Virus record (IMG/VR): IMGVR_UViG_3300045988_094266
Source of the DNA: a virus
DNA: 59,849 nucleotides
Strand: one strand, 5' to 3'
The notes beneath the pieces were generated by a model. That model was not told where the DNA came from. It made no database searches and was given only the letters and a program-made list of their open reading frames with translations. This document shows positions 1 through 8,343 of this stretch, one piece after another (the first letter of the stretch is position 1; each line of letters starts with the position of its first letter). The translations under genes were made by a program, and so were the position numbers.

Positions 1-168
1 CGGTAAAGTTAGCACGCAAACTTTGTGATCTTGGTTTTATTATTGTTGGAACTGTTCCTAATGTTTAGAAACCTTGGTTAAATGTTTATCTTTTTGAAGA
101 TAGTTAGGATTTAAGGGATGCAGTTTAGAAGTATAAAGGGATAAGTTCGCTATTGGAGGATGATTGCC

Positions 169-558
169 ATGGCAGACAAAAGAAGAAGTCCTAATTAGCG
201 AACTATTAATCATATTCATAAGGAACCATGTGATACTAATAATATATATGCTAGGATTAATAAGGAAGCGTTATTTGCGGCCCGTAGAGAGTTGACAGAT
301 GGAGAGTTCTCTTTGTGGATATTTTTTGCTAGTCAATCTGAGAGGTTAACTGATTATGATTTTGGGCCTACTATTATAGAAAAAGAGCTTGGTATAAAGA
401 GAGCGAAATATACAAGTGCAGTAGATGGATTGGTAAAAAAGGGATATTTAGTTCCAGTTGAGAGAAAAGGATATTACGATTTTTACGAGATTCCTATTGA
501 TAGTGACGACGATAAATATAATTATATAGCTCCAGACGGAGAGAAATTTTCTTTTTAA
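169..558 (+). CDS. Replication-initiator-like winged-helix protein (RepA_N/DnaD-like) with an in-frame TAG at codon 10
   Basis: GGAGG lies 9 nt upstream of the ATG at 169. The frame runs through TAG 196-198 into the 292..558 track ORF. The C-terminal part looks like a winged helix (KELGIKRAKYTSAVDGLVKKGYL). The gene sits directly upstream of iteron-like repeats. Confidence 0.4.
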
Positions 559-560
559 TC

Positions 561-811
561 GTATTTCTGCAATACTATGAAAAAATTTCATGTATTTCTG
601 AGAATACTATGATTTCATCATATTGTGAAAAAGCTATGAAATTTTCATATATTTGTTGGAAAGCGATGAAATTAATTTCATAGTATTCTGATAATACTAT
701 GAAATTAATTGAAAAGGATTTTCATAGCTTTTTCACAATACCATGTCATAGTATTCTGACAATACCATGAAAGTAAATAAAAATCCATTTCATGGTATTC
801 TGACAATACAA
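561..811. repeat. Array of at least 5 copies of a 27-bp palindromic motif TTCATRGTATTCTGAYAATACYATGAA (iteron- or operator-like)
   Basis: Read directly in the sequence. Copies lie near 561-582, 587-612, 677-703, 745-771 and 788-811, with half-sites between them. Confidence 0.7.
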
Positions 812-903
812 CAAATATAACATATATTAGATAACAGAGTTAAGATAACAGTTGCGACTTTTTCATGTATTTGTGAAAAAGCGATGAGTAGGAGGATTAA
901 AGC

Positions 904-1077
904 ATGGAAGTATTTAAACCAATTAAGGTAGAAAATTATCAATTCATGAAAAATGGATTAAATTAGTATGAACCAGTATTGGTTTACTTTAAAGATGATG
1001 AAGAAGAAGGTAAGGTATATTTTGTAATCTTATGGAGAGAATAGAGGAGATTAATATGGCTACGAAGTAGCCATAAT
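904..1077 (+). CDS. Small ORF (57 codons) containing 2 in-frame TAG codons
   Basis: A strong RBS (AGGAGG, 8 nt spacing) precedes the ATG at 904. The frame is open to a TAA only if TAG is read through. Confidence 0.25.
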
Positions 1078-1080
1078 TAA

Positions 1081-1270
1081 GGAAGGTTTTAGAAATTTCG
1101 ATTTGAAAATTTTAAGAAGAAGGGATTTAGAATTTCAAATTAAAAAATAGGAGAGAAGAGAGAGAATAAGGATATAGGAAGAGAGAGATAGAGAGATCTA
1201 ATAAAGATGGATAGAGAAAGAAATAATAATAGAGTTTTAGTAAGAATAATAGAGAAAAAATAATAGAAAT
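1081..1270. repeat. Near-homopurine (GA-rich) tract of about 190 nt on the plus strand
   Basis: Read directly: long runs of A/G with only scattered pyrimidines. Confidence 0.8.
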
Positions 1271-1375
1271 TGATAAAATAGGGAAGAGAGGTGCCGATCG
1301 GGTCTAGGTACGAACCATCACAACACTCGTCACAACGATCGTAAACCTAGCCTTCCGCATTATAATATATATAAA

Positions 1376-1412
1376 AAAGGAGAGAAGCTACAATACTTCT
1401 CTCTCCTTTAAT
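1376..1412 (-). terminator. Rho-independent terminator for gene 1426..1881
   Basis: Hairpin AAGGAGAGAAG/CTTCTCTCCTT followed by a T-run on the minus strand. Confidence 0.55.
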
Positions 1413-1425
1413 CTTTTTCCTCTTG

Positions 1426-1881
1426 TTACTTTAAATGCTTCAAAAACTCCATAATACTATCTTCATCAGACTTAGTATTACCCTTAACCTGAGGCACACT
1501 CTTTGCGAGAGCATCAGAAATAGAGTCAACAGCAATGTCAATTACTTCATCAAGACTCTTTGCATTGACTACTCGAGCGGAAGTCTTAGCAGTTACAGTC
1601 ATAGCCTGCATAAACTGCTTAATATCATTTGCTGTCCACTTAGGATTGCTCTTGCTATAAACCAGCGCAGCTACACGACCAACGTCATCCTCAGTGAGAG
1701 ACAAATCATCAACATTGCCATAAAAAGTAGACTCAATCTCATCCAGAAGAATATCTCGTTCATGGTCTGCGGCGTTAGCCTCGGAGATTCTATTCATAGC
1801 ATCAGTAAATGCCTTTGCAATCTCCTCCTGAGTAGAACCATTCTGCATTGCATCACGAATCATAATCTCATAACTATTCAT
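1426..1881 (-). CDS. Hypothetical protein
   Basis: 151-codon ORF in standard code, followed by a terminator. Confidence 0.6.
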   Translation of the reverse strand: MNSYEIMIRDAMQNGSTQEEIAKAFTDAMNRISEANAADHERDILLDEIESTFYGNVDDLSLTEDDVGRVAALVYSKSNPKWTANDIKQFMQAMTVTAKTSARVVNAKSLDEVIDIAVDSISDALAKSVPQVKGNTKSDEDSIMEFLKHLK

Positions 1882-2126
1882 AATAAGTTCTTTTAGTTAG
1901 AAAAAGCGTTATGATGCTTCTTAAACTAAAATCCTCCTTTTCTTTATCTTATGTATATATTATATTATATTTTTTATATATTGTCGAACCGATCGGGTCT
2001 AGATAAAAAGATCGCTTTAACGGAATCCCGCGGAAAAGATTTTTCCTTTTCAAATAGTTAGCAACATCTTTACTATTGTTTGCTGTATCTTTAATGGTTT
2101 TAATTCTGTGAATATCAAGAAATTTT

Positions 2127-2190
2127 GAGAAAAACGAGGCATTTTTTGCTTATTTTTAAGTAAATTTGTTAGAAAAACGCGCATTTTTGC
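2127..2190. repeat. Two direct copies of GAAAAACG(A/C)G(G/C)CATTTTTGC
   Basis: Read directly. They lie in an AT-rich intergenic region that also holds a TTGTTAT/ATAACAA inverted repeat. Confidence 0.4.
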
Positions 2191-2661
2191 AAGATTTTAG
2201 AGGTTTTTTGTTATATTTTGCGATAACAAGAGGTAAAAGATCGCGGGCCGATCGGTTTATCTAGCTAAAATCTCTATTTTTGAGCTATTTTTATCATAAA
2301 ATCGTGTTAAACCGATCGGTTTCGCGAAAGAAATCTCTGGTCGTATTTGTTTTTCATAGCTATATCTTTGCTATTGCTAGTTGTATTTTAGAAAGTTTTG
2401 GTACTGTGAATACTTGACAATTTTAAGATTTTTATTATAAAAAATTGGACGAGAGAGCCAATATTGCTGGACCGATCGGAACTAGATAAAGAAAGAAGTA
2501 AAGTAGGGCCGATCGGTGTTTGAAAGATGGCGTTATGAATTTTGGGAAAATTGCTATGAAGTTGCGTTATGGCCAAGTTGCTATGAAAATTTTGCGCTAT
2601 GGTCCGATCGGGGAAATTCGGGCCGAGTCGCCCGCGACCGGCCCGTCGAGTTTAGAAAATA

Positions 2662-2698
2662 TAAAATAAAAAGAGAGGCCAAAGCCTCTCTTTTCTTA
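2662..2698. terminator. Bidirectional intrinsic terminator
   Basis: Hairpin AGAGAGGC-caaa-GCCTCTCT flanked by an A-run and a T-run. Confidence 0.55.
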
Positions 2699-2701
2699 AT
2701 C

Positions 2702-2947
2702 CTAGTTTTCTAAATTGATTTCTCCTATACAGTTACACCGTATCGGAGATTCAAAAACAAATTCATCTCCATATCCAACGATAGTTATTTCTCCATACTT
2801 TTTACAATACTCGTCTATCTTTTCGATTAGACTATTCCAATCTTTCTCTTGCGCTTTTTGTTTTCTAAGTGCCACTTCTTTATAGGCGGTAGCACTCAAC
2901 CATTGCAACTCCTCATCATTCAGTTTGTTGAAATCAATATCAACCAT
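2702..2947 (-). CDS. Hypothetical protein
   Basis: 81-codon ORF with a terminator downstream. Confidence 0.5.
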   Translation of the reverse strand: MVDIDFNKLNDEELQWLSATAYKEVALRKQKAQEKDWNSLIEKIDEYCKKYGEITIVGYGDEFVFESPIRCNCIGEINLEN

Positions 2948-2964
2948 CTAAAAATCTCCTTTCT

Positions 2965-3417
2965 TTAATGAAAAATCTCAGCCGGAATTTCACTAAAAAC
3001 TTGCTTAAATTGCTCCATAGTCAGTTCTCTTGCCGCTCTCTCAACCCTTTCTTTTGCCCAGTCGCAAACCATTTCGCAGGAAATAAATTTAATTTCATAC
3101 CCAGTAATGGCGTAGATTTTAGGCGACCACTCAAATCTTTTTGTATCAGCCATATTTCCAGTTAAAATCATATATTCGCCGGTGGCTTGATTTTCTTCTG
3201 ACTGTTCAACCCAACATTGAACTATATTTTCAACATAGTTTTTTCCAGTTTTAACCGCTTCTTTTTCGGTTCGAGCATTGATTAAAAAGGTAGAAAGCAT
3301 AATATCATCACGAAATGATACCGTAAATTTATAAGGCTTCTTAGAGAAGATACCCTTGCGACCTTCACACCAAAAGGTAACTTGAAAATTAACACGAAAT
3401 TGTTTTAAGCTTTCCAT
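2965..3417 (-). CDS. Hypothetical protein
   Basis: 150-codon ORF. Confidence 0.6.
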   Translation of the reverse strand: MESLKQFRVNFQVTFWCEGRKGIFSKKPYKFTVSFRDDIMLSTFLINARTEKEAVKTGKNYVENIVQCWVEQSEENQATGEYMILTGNMADTKRFEWSPKIYAITGYEIKFISCEMVCDWAKERVERAARELTMEQFKQVFSEIPAEIFH

Positions 3418-3425
3418 TTCTTTTA

Positions 3426-3554
3426 TCTCCTGTAATAATCTTCAATATAAAATTTCATTTCTTTTTCTGTACTTTGTCCTAATACCGAATAAATAGTGGA
3501 AATGTCAAGGCAAGTTCTTTTAATTAAGAAACGAATGATAGAGTTTTTAAGTTT
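3426..3554 (-). CDS. Small hypothetical protein (about 42 aa)
   Basis: Strong RBS GGAAGGGAGG upstream of the ATG at 3554. The ORF is below the track cutoff. Confidence 0.3.
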
Positions 3555-3584
3555 ATTCATCATTTCTTTTACCTCCCTTCCATG

Positions 3585-3752
3585 GTTAAATGATACCACA
3601 TTTTCGGGAGAAAGTCAAGCTGTCAAGTTGCACAAATTTTCAATTCAAAATTGTTGAAAATGACAATAGAAGAAAAATTCGGACCGCGGCGCACGCAAGC
3701 GGTCCGCTCAAAATTTTGCATAAAAAAATCTCCCCATAAGGGGAGATTTTTC
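3585..3752 (-). promoter_or_regulatory. Intergenic cassette copy 1: terminator, GC hairpin, inverted repeat, promoter
   Basis: Read on the minus strand in this order. Terminator ATCTCCCC/GGGGAGAT. GC hairpin CGGACCGC..GCGGTCCG followed by AATTTTT. TTGCACAA..TTGTTGAA inverted repeat. Then -35 TTGACT, 17-nt spacer, -10 TATCAT. Confidence 0.5.
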
Positions 3753-3753
3753 T

Positions 3754-4114
3754 TTAGTTGAGAATTATTGGATATGCCTTGCGAATAACCACCGTAACCA
3801 TGGCCGGGGGAGTGTCGCACAAGAAACGGTCATTTCTGATAAAACGACCAATTCCCATATTCTGCCACAAAGTCCGGTTTACATCCTCGTATCGTAGGGT
3901 ATTATACTTGGAAAGTTTGATATGCCAATCATAGATAAAGGAACCATCTTCCGGCATGGTGTAATCTGGAGCCCGCTTATAATTTCTCGTATGTTCTGCG
4001 GCTCTGCGCTCAAGATCATTTGTCGTGCCAATCTTGAGAATATAGCGCCCCTTTTTGTCGATATAATGTCCGACATATAGAAACTCTTTTCCCCTTGTCT
4101 GTAAACTAACTATA
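3754..4114 (-). CDS. GIY-YIG nuclease-like ORF lacking a canonical start codon
   Basis: The stop-to-stop frame encodes YVGHYIDKKGRYILKIGTTNDLERRAAEHTRNY, a GIY-YIG motif. The only ATG in this frame is far internal. An in-frame ATA follows an AAAGAGG RBS. Confidence 0.45.
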
Positions 4115-4130
4115 ACTTACCTCTTTTCTG

Positions 4131-4158
4131 GTAGGGCCGGGGTAGGCCGACCCTACCA
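4131..4158 (-). terminator. GC-rich hairpin between genes (terminator-like)
   Basis: Stem GGTAGGG ... CCCTACC. Confidence 0.35.
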
Positions 4159-4160
4159 CG

Positions 4161-4478
4161 TTATTTCTTCGGTTTACGCTTTTGCACAAGCGTCAACTCG
4201 AAACTATCCCCACCAATAGAAAACGCAATCTGTCTTTCCTTGTTAGTAATAGACAAGTCAGCGATAGAGAATTGACTGTTTTTTTCCAAAAACTCTGCCA
4301 ATTCCGCAATTATACCGCCTTTCGTGGCGTTTGGCTTGCGTTGCCGTGTAGTGAACTTATATGCGGTTGGCTGTTTGCGCGTTCCAGCATGGGCAAACTT
4401 TTGAGCGATTTTCGCCTTTTCTGGCGGTAAATCGTATTCAGTCTTTTTATCAGCCTCTACCGCTTTATCATAGGCCAA
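4161..4478 (-). CDS. Hypothetical basic protein
   Basis: 105-codon ORF with a TTG start and a GGAGG RBS. Confidence 0.5.
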   Translation of the reverse strand: MAYDKAVEADKKTEYDLPPEKAKIAQKFAHAGTRKQPTAYKFTTRQRKPNATKGGIIAELAEFLEKNSQFSIADLSITNKERQIAFSIGGDSFELTLVQKRKPKK

Positions 4479-4587
4479 TAAATCTGCCTCCTCTTCCGGC
4501 GTTAATTGCAGGGCTTTATACCTTGCAATCCGTTCAGCGTCACTAATACGACTGGATATAATATCACCCCCATATTATAAGTTAGGG

Positions 4588-4612
4588 CGGGGATTTTCAC
4601 CCCGCCCTATAC
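4588..4612 (-). terminator. Hairpin GGGCGGGG/CCCCGCCC downstream of gene 4617..5027
   Basis: The stem is stable but the U-tract is weak. Confidence 0.4.
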
Positions 4613-4616
4613 GGGG

Positions 4617-5027
4617 TTACGCCATCTTAAAAAGGGACTTGCCCTTCTTTTCCGTGCAGACCACTCGACCATCGAGTTTCAACTGCCGCACAAGGGCGGC
4701 GACCTTCTGGTTAGAATAGGCCGTCAGATCAGGAATAGCCTTAAAAATTTCCGTGCAGGTCACGCCATCGGTATCGGCATCCAGATCAGCCAGATACTCC
4801 ATAATCTGCTCCTTAAAATTCTCGTTCTCCTGCTGGGTGGAAGTCAGCTTCTTGTCACCGCTAGAGCTATTCTTCTTACGCAGAAGCTCCAGCTCATGGT
4901 CAATGACAGTAATAGCCACCTCGATGGTAGTGCCATACTTTACCTCGCCGTCAGTCAAGAGGGCCTTAATGTCTTCAAAACGCTGGGCCTTAGTAATGCG
5001 GATTTTCTTCTCGTCCATAATATACAT
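4617..5027 (-). CDS. Hypothetical protein, possibly a winged-helix regulator
   Basis: 136-codon ORF driven by three tandem promoters. The C-terminal segment resembles a winged helix, but this is only a weak resemblance. Confidence 0.55.
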   Translation of the reverse strand: MYIMDEKKIRITKAQRFEDIKALLTDGEVKYGTTIEVAITVIDHELELLRKKNSSSGDKKLTSTQQENENFKEQIMEYLADLDADTDGVTCTEIFKAIPDLTAYSNQKVAALVRQLKLDGRVVCTEKKGKSLFKMA

Positions 5028-5045
5028 CCTTTCTGGTTTTTAGGA

Positions 5046-5300
5046 CTGTCCTTGTCCTTTGATTATATTGTACCACACTATTTGGTACTTGTCAAGAGGT
5101 TTTTCAAACTTTTTTCAAGAACTTTTGCCCTTTACTTGTTTGCCCTCTCAACCTCCCTTATAGTGTAACACACTTTGGAAAGTTTGTCAAGCCCTTTTTA
5201 TTTAATTTTCAAGGTACATTGCCTTGTTTTCTGTACTTATTATAGCACATCTTCAAAGGCTTGTCAAGAGGTTTTTGAAAGATTTTTGAGAAATTCGCTG
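5046..5300 (-). promoter_or_regulatory. Three tandem sigma70-like promoters on the minus strand
   Basis: On the minus strand: TTGACA-17-TATAAT, TTGACA-17-TACACT and TTGACA-17-TACAAT, each preceded by an A-tract. Confidence 0.5.
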
Positions 5301-5379
5301 TCACTGTCTGCCGTTCGTCTCTCTCACTTTCTGAATGTATTTTACCACAAGCAAAAGCAGATTGCAAGCGTCGAATTGC

Positions 5380-5555
5380 ACAAAAAATCGGAATTTTGGG
5401 AGAGAGTTTTTGTGCAAAATTCTGCACAAAAACGGGACGAAATTTTTGTGCAACATTACCATTGAAAAATTCGGCCCGCGTCAGCCATCCGCGGGCCGTC
5501 GACCTTTTAGATATAAAAAAAAATAAGAGGGCTGTAAAGCCCTCTTAAATATCAA
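5380..5555 (-). promoter_or_regulatory. Intergenic cassette copy 2 with a duplicated inverted repeat
   Basis: Terminator AGAGGGCtgtaaaGCCCTCT. GC hairpin CGGCCCGCG..CGCGGGCCG. Two TTGCACAA..TTGTGCAA inverted repeats. Confidence 0.5.
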
Positions 5556-5730
5556 TCATATAACTATAAACCATATCCCAAAGCGGCATATCATCCAGAA
5601 GGATATTTACAGTCAAAAGTCCGGTTTCTGTCGGCCCATCAACAAACCATCCCAGCCGCTGCATAAGGTGAATAACCTCATAGACATAATCGGGGTCAAG
5701 ATGGTTAGTGGTAAACTGTCTTGAAAACAT
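5545..5730 (-). CDS. Hypothetical small protein
   Basis: 61-codon ORF between a terminator and an upstream gene. Confidence 0.4.
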   Translation of the reverse strand: MFSRQFTTNHLDPDYVYEVIHLMQRLGWFVDGPTETGLLTVNILLDDMPLWDMVYSYMIDI

Positions 5731-5757
5731 TTCTTTTCCTTTCTATCGGGCGGGGCT

Positions 5758-6549
5758 TTAAGCCCCTACCCGAATTGTCGGATTATTTTTCAAACTTGCG
5801 GAAAGTTGACGCTGAAAATCTGTCATAGGCGGAAACTCTCTTTTATTCTCATACAGGGCCTTTCTCATGGGCTTATGCTGACGCATACAATACCACATGA
5901 TTTCCGCCTCAATCAGAACATCCTCAAGCCCCGTATGACTTTCTTCAAAATCGGTATTGCCAGAGATAAACCGCCACACGATTTCCGCAGTCTTGCGGGG
6001 GACACCATTAGCCTGGACATATCCGTTTTCCTGACAGAATTTCTTATAAGTGGGCATATTGCAGATAACATCCTGTGTCATCTTCATAATATCCCAAATC
6101 TCCACGCTGTCAAACGGGAACCAATAACGCCACTTGGAGTAGGTCACATAACGCTGTGTAACTCTCAAGGCATTATCGTCAAATCTGGCATTATAAGCCG
6201 CAACTTCCTTAATGCCGTATCGCTCAATGGTATTGAGCATAGCTTGGCGGATTTCATAAGTGGTAGCCATTTTACGAGTGCCGGCCCGCAGTTCCTCAAT
6301 ATAGCGGGGAATTTTCCAATTATAATAAGCAGTCCGCATGAGATCCCGCTCATCGTTGAAAATGTCCCTATTTACAAAACTGGCAGTTTCATAAATATTG
6401 CCCTTGGTATCCACTACCGCCCATCCGCAATCATAGACAAGAACGCAACTCATATCCATGCGGGCTTTGCCGTTTTCGTCAGTTTCAGTCAGTGTGTTAG
6501 CAGTTTCAGTATCAACCACCAAAACATAGTGTCTACGCTTATCAATCAT
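5758..6549 (-). CDS. DEDDh-type 3'-5' exonuclease (DnaQ/RNase T-like)
   Basis: Motifs VLVVDTETAN (Exo I) and HTGLEDVLIEAEI (Exo III). A consensus promoter TTGACA-17-TATAAT and an AGGAAG RBS lie upstream. Confidence 0.6.
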   Translation of the reverse strand: MIDKRRHYVLVVDTETANTLTETDENGKARMDMSCVLVYDCGWAVVDTKGNIYETASFVNRDIFNDERDLMRTAYYNWKIPRYIEELRAGTRKMATTYEIRQAMLNTIERYGIKEVAAYNARFDDNALRVTQRYVTYSKWRYWFPFDSVEIWDIMKMTQDVICNMPTYKKFCQENGYVQANGVPRKTAEIVWRFISGNTDFEESHTGLEDVLIEAEIMWYCMRQHKPMRKALYENKREFPPMTDFQRQLSASLKNNPTIRVGA

Positions 6550-6574
6550 AATCTTTGACTTCCTTTCCTCTTGT

Positions 6575-6948
6575 TGAGTTTATTATAGCACATATCATGC
6601 TTGATGTCAAGAGGAAAAGGAAATTTTTATTGCGATTTACTGCAAGCTACTGGGCATTAGAACGGCCTATTCTAACGGCGTTCACTCGACTTACGACACA
6701 ATATAAATTTACTTCCTTTACTTTCTAAGAGTTCGCGACCTCTTGATTTCTTGGCCTTCCCCTCTTGACAAATATATAATACCATACTTTCGGGATAATT
6801 ACAAGATGGCAAATTGCACAAAATTTGCAAGCCAAAATTGTGCAACATCGACAAAAACAAAAACTCGGCTCGCCGCGTGCGCCAGCGAGCCGCCCAAACG
6901 ATATTAAAGAGTAAAAATAAGAGGGCCGAAGCCCTCTTAATATCCAAG
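6575..6948 (-). promoter_or_regulatory. Intergenic cassette copy 3
   Basis: Terminator AGAGGGCcgaaGCCCTCT. GC hairpin CGGCTCGC..GCGAGCCG followed by a T-tract. Inverted repeat TTGCACAA-N16-TTGTGCAA. Promoters TTGTAA-17-TATTAT and TTGACA-17-TATAAT. Confidence 0.55.
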
Positions 6949-7125
6949 ATATTCTTTATTGATAATCTCGTCAAGCCAATAGCTCAAATCTTCAAGCGAA
7001 ATATCGTCATCAATTTCATTGTCGGCCATAACCTGATCAATTTGACCAATGAGAATGGACGCATTTTTCAATACTTGTCGCTCTTCCTCGCTGAGGATAA
7101 GCCTATTAACCTTTCTAATCTTCAT
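6937..7125 (-). CDS. Hypothetical small acidic protein
   Basis: 62-codon ORF with an AGGAAG RBS. Confidence 0.45.
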   Translation of the reverse strand: MKIRKVNRLILSEEERQVLKNASILIGQIDQVMADNEIDDDISLEDLSYWLDEIINKEYLGY

Positions 7126-7165
7126 TTACAAAACTTCCTTTCTTATTTTAAGATTGACTGGTGGA

Positions 7166-7630
7166 TTACTCTACCAGTCGCCATAAGGCCGTAGGTAAAT
7201 CTTCATGTGGCTCGATTGTTTCCCCTAAATGCCAGCCATCCCGCACACTTTTATTATCATCAATCAAAATGAAATTGCTAATTCCCGGCTCAAAGTGTTT
7301 CCGCACACAATTTGCTTTTGTTGTGCCATATTCCACAAGGTGGACTTTATGTGCGGGGAAGTTGTATTTTGCAAGCCAAGTGCGCTTTGCGTCACGAACA
7401 GCAGTTTTATATGAGTTAGAACTGTCTTTTGCAAGCCAACTGATAACCCGAATTTCCCAGCCCTGCTCAATGAGTTTATTAAGAACGGTATTCAATTCTT
7501 CTATATCGCAAAGAGGTTTGGCGACTGTATATGGATAGGGATTTTCATTCATTAAATCTTTTAACCAATCATCCACGCCGTACAGGTCAACGATTGTTCC
7601 ATCCATATCAAAGCAGAGCATCTTTTTCAT
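7166..7630 (-). CDS. HAD-superfamily hydrolase, possibly a 5'(3')-deoxyribonucleotidase
   Basis: N-terminal CFDMDGTIVD matches HAD motif I (DxDGT). Confidence 0.55.
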   Translation of the reverse strand: MKKMLCFDMDGTIVDLYGVDDWLKDLMNENPYPYTVAKPLCDIEELNTVLNKLIEQGWEIRVISWLAKDSSNSYKTAVRDAKRTWLAKYNFPAHKVHLVEYGTTKANCVRKHFEPGISNFILIDDNKSVRDGWHLGETIEPHEDLPTALWRLVE

Positions 7631-7644
7631 TTTGATTTACTTCC

Positions 7645-7840
7645 TTTCTTTAGGTTGATTAAAGTATATCAGATTTCGGGATAGAAAACAAGAGGCAAAC
7701 TGCACAAAATTTCGGCTGGAAAATTGTGCAACTTCTACAAAAGAGAAAATTCGGCGCGCCACGCACGTTAGCGCGCCGCCGAGAAGCCTATTCAAAAAAT
7801 GGGATAAAAAAGAGGGCCGAAGCCCTCTTTTAACTTTCAC
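7645..7840 (-). promoter_or_regulatory. Intergenic cassette copy 4
   Basis: Terminator AGAGGGCcgaaGCCCTCT. GC hairpin CGGCGCGCC..GCGCGCCG. Inverted repeat CTGCACAA..TTGTGCAA. Promoter TTGTTT-17-TATACT. Confidence 0.5.
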
Positions 7841-8291
7841 ATATATTTGCAAGAAATCTTGCAGAAAGTTTAACCATGTCATGGACAGATTCTTCGTTAT
7901 TGCTATTTTTATAGCAAATAAAACCAAGCTGGTCGCCATTCACAAGAATTGGTGTAATAAACATACTTTCCCATTTTGTCGCCGAACTGCGAATATCAAT
8001 CCAGTCATCGGGAACTCTTGTAATTCCAAAGGAACGCGGCCCGCATAAAATTCCATCATTGTCAAAAATAGCCGCGGCGATTCCGTTAGATGAAAGGGCA
8101 TTTTGCATTTGTTTAGCGTAAGAGGAAAATTCTCCCATTATAGAATATTTCTTAAAAACTACGCCGCCATCTTCTTCAAGAAAAATCTCTAATGGGTCGC
8201 CTTCTCTAATATGAAGGTTTCTACGGATTTCCTTTGGAATTACTATCCGGCCCAAATCATCAATACGGCGCACAATTCCAGTAGCTTTCAT
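7830..8291 (-). CDS. AbrB/SpoVT-family transcriptional regulator
   Basis: N-terminal MKATGIVRRIDDLGRIVIPKEIRRNLHIREGDPLEIF matches the AbrB swapped-hairpin DNA-binding domain. The roughly 100-aa C-terminal domain suggests a SpoVT-like protein. Confidence 0.7.
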   Translation of the reverse strand: MKATGIVRRIDDLGRIVIPKEIRRNLHIREGDPLEIFLEEDGGVVFKKYSIMGEFSSYAKQMQNALSSNGIAAAIFDNDGILCGPRSFGITRVPDDWIDIRSSATKWESMFITPILVNGDQLGFICYKNSNNEESVHDMVKLSARFLANICES

Positions 8292-8295
8292 TTTT

Positions 8296-8327
8296 ATCTG
8301 CGGGAGTGCAAGATTTATAGTCTTGCA
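8296..8327. other. Strong hairpin GGGAGTGCAAGA/TCTTGCACTCCC next to the start of the AbrB/SpoVT gene
   Basis: A 12-bp perfect stem. There is no clear U-tract on the minus strand. Confidence 0.35.
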
Positions 8328-8343
8328 CTCCCTTCCTCCCTTC

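Larger units (their letters stand above)
1274..2611. promoter_or_regulatory. Cluster of seven CCGATCGG palindromes, four extended as CCGATCGG-N2-3-CTAGAT
   Basis: Occurrences lie near 1274, 1988, 2245, 2320, 2471, 2508 and 2604. The motif is GC-rich and sits in AT-rich non-coding DNA. Confidence 0.6.

Noticed and set aside
1435-1896. 153-codon plus-strand ORF in the track
   Set aside because: It is the exact antisense of the better-supported minus-strand gene 1426..1881. It has low complexity (I/L/N-rich) and no RBS.
2516-2713. 65-codon plus-strand ORF
   Set aside because: It overlaps iteron-like direct repeats (TTGCTATGAA...GCGYTATGG), a CCGATCGG site and a bidirectional terminator. It is more likely non-coding.
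5806-6558. 250-codon plus-strand ORF
   Set aside because: It is the antisense of the DEDDh exonuclease gene 5758..6549, which has recognisable catalytic motifs and its own promoter and RBS.
6672-7194. Track ORFs 6672..6974(-) and 6814..7194(+)
   Set aside because: They span the terminator, hairpin, operator and promoter cassette and overlap the better-supported gene 6937..7125. They have no RBS and a low-complexity composition.
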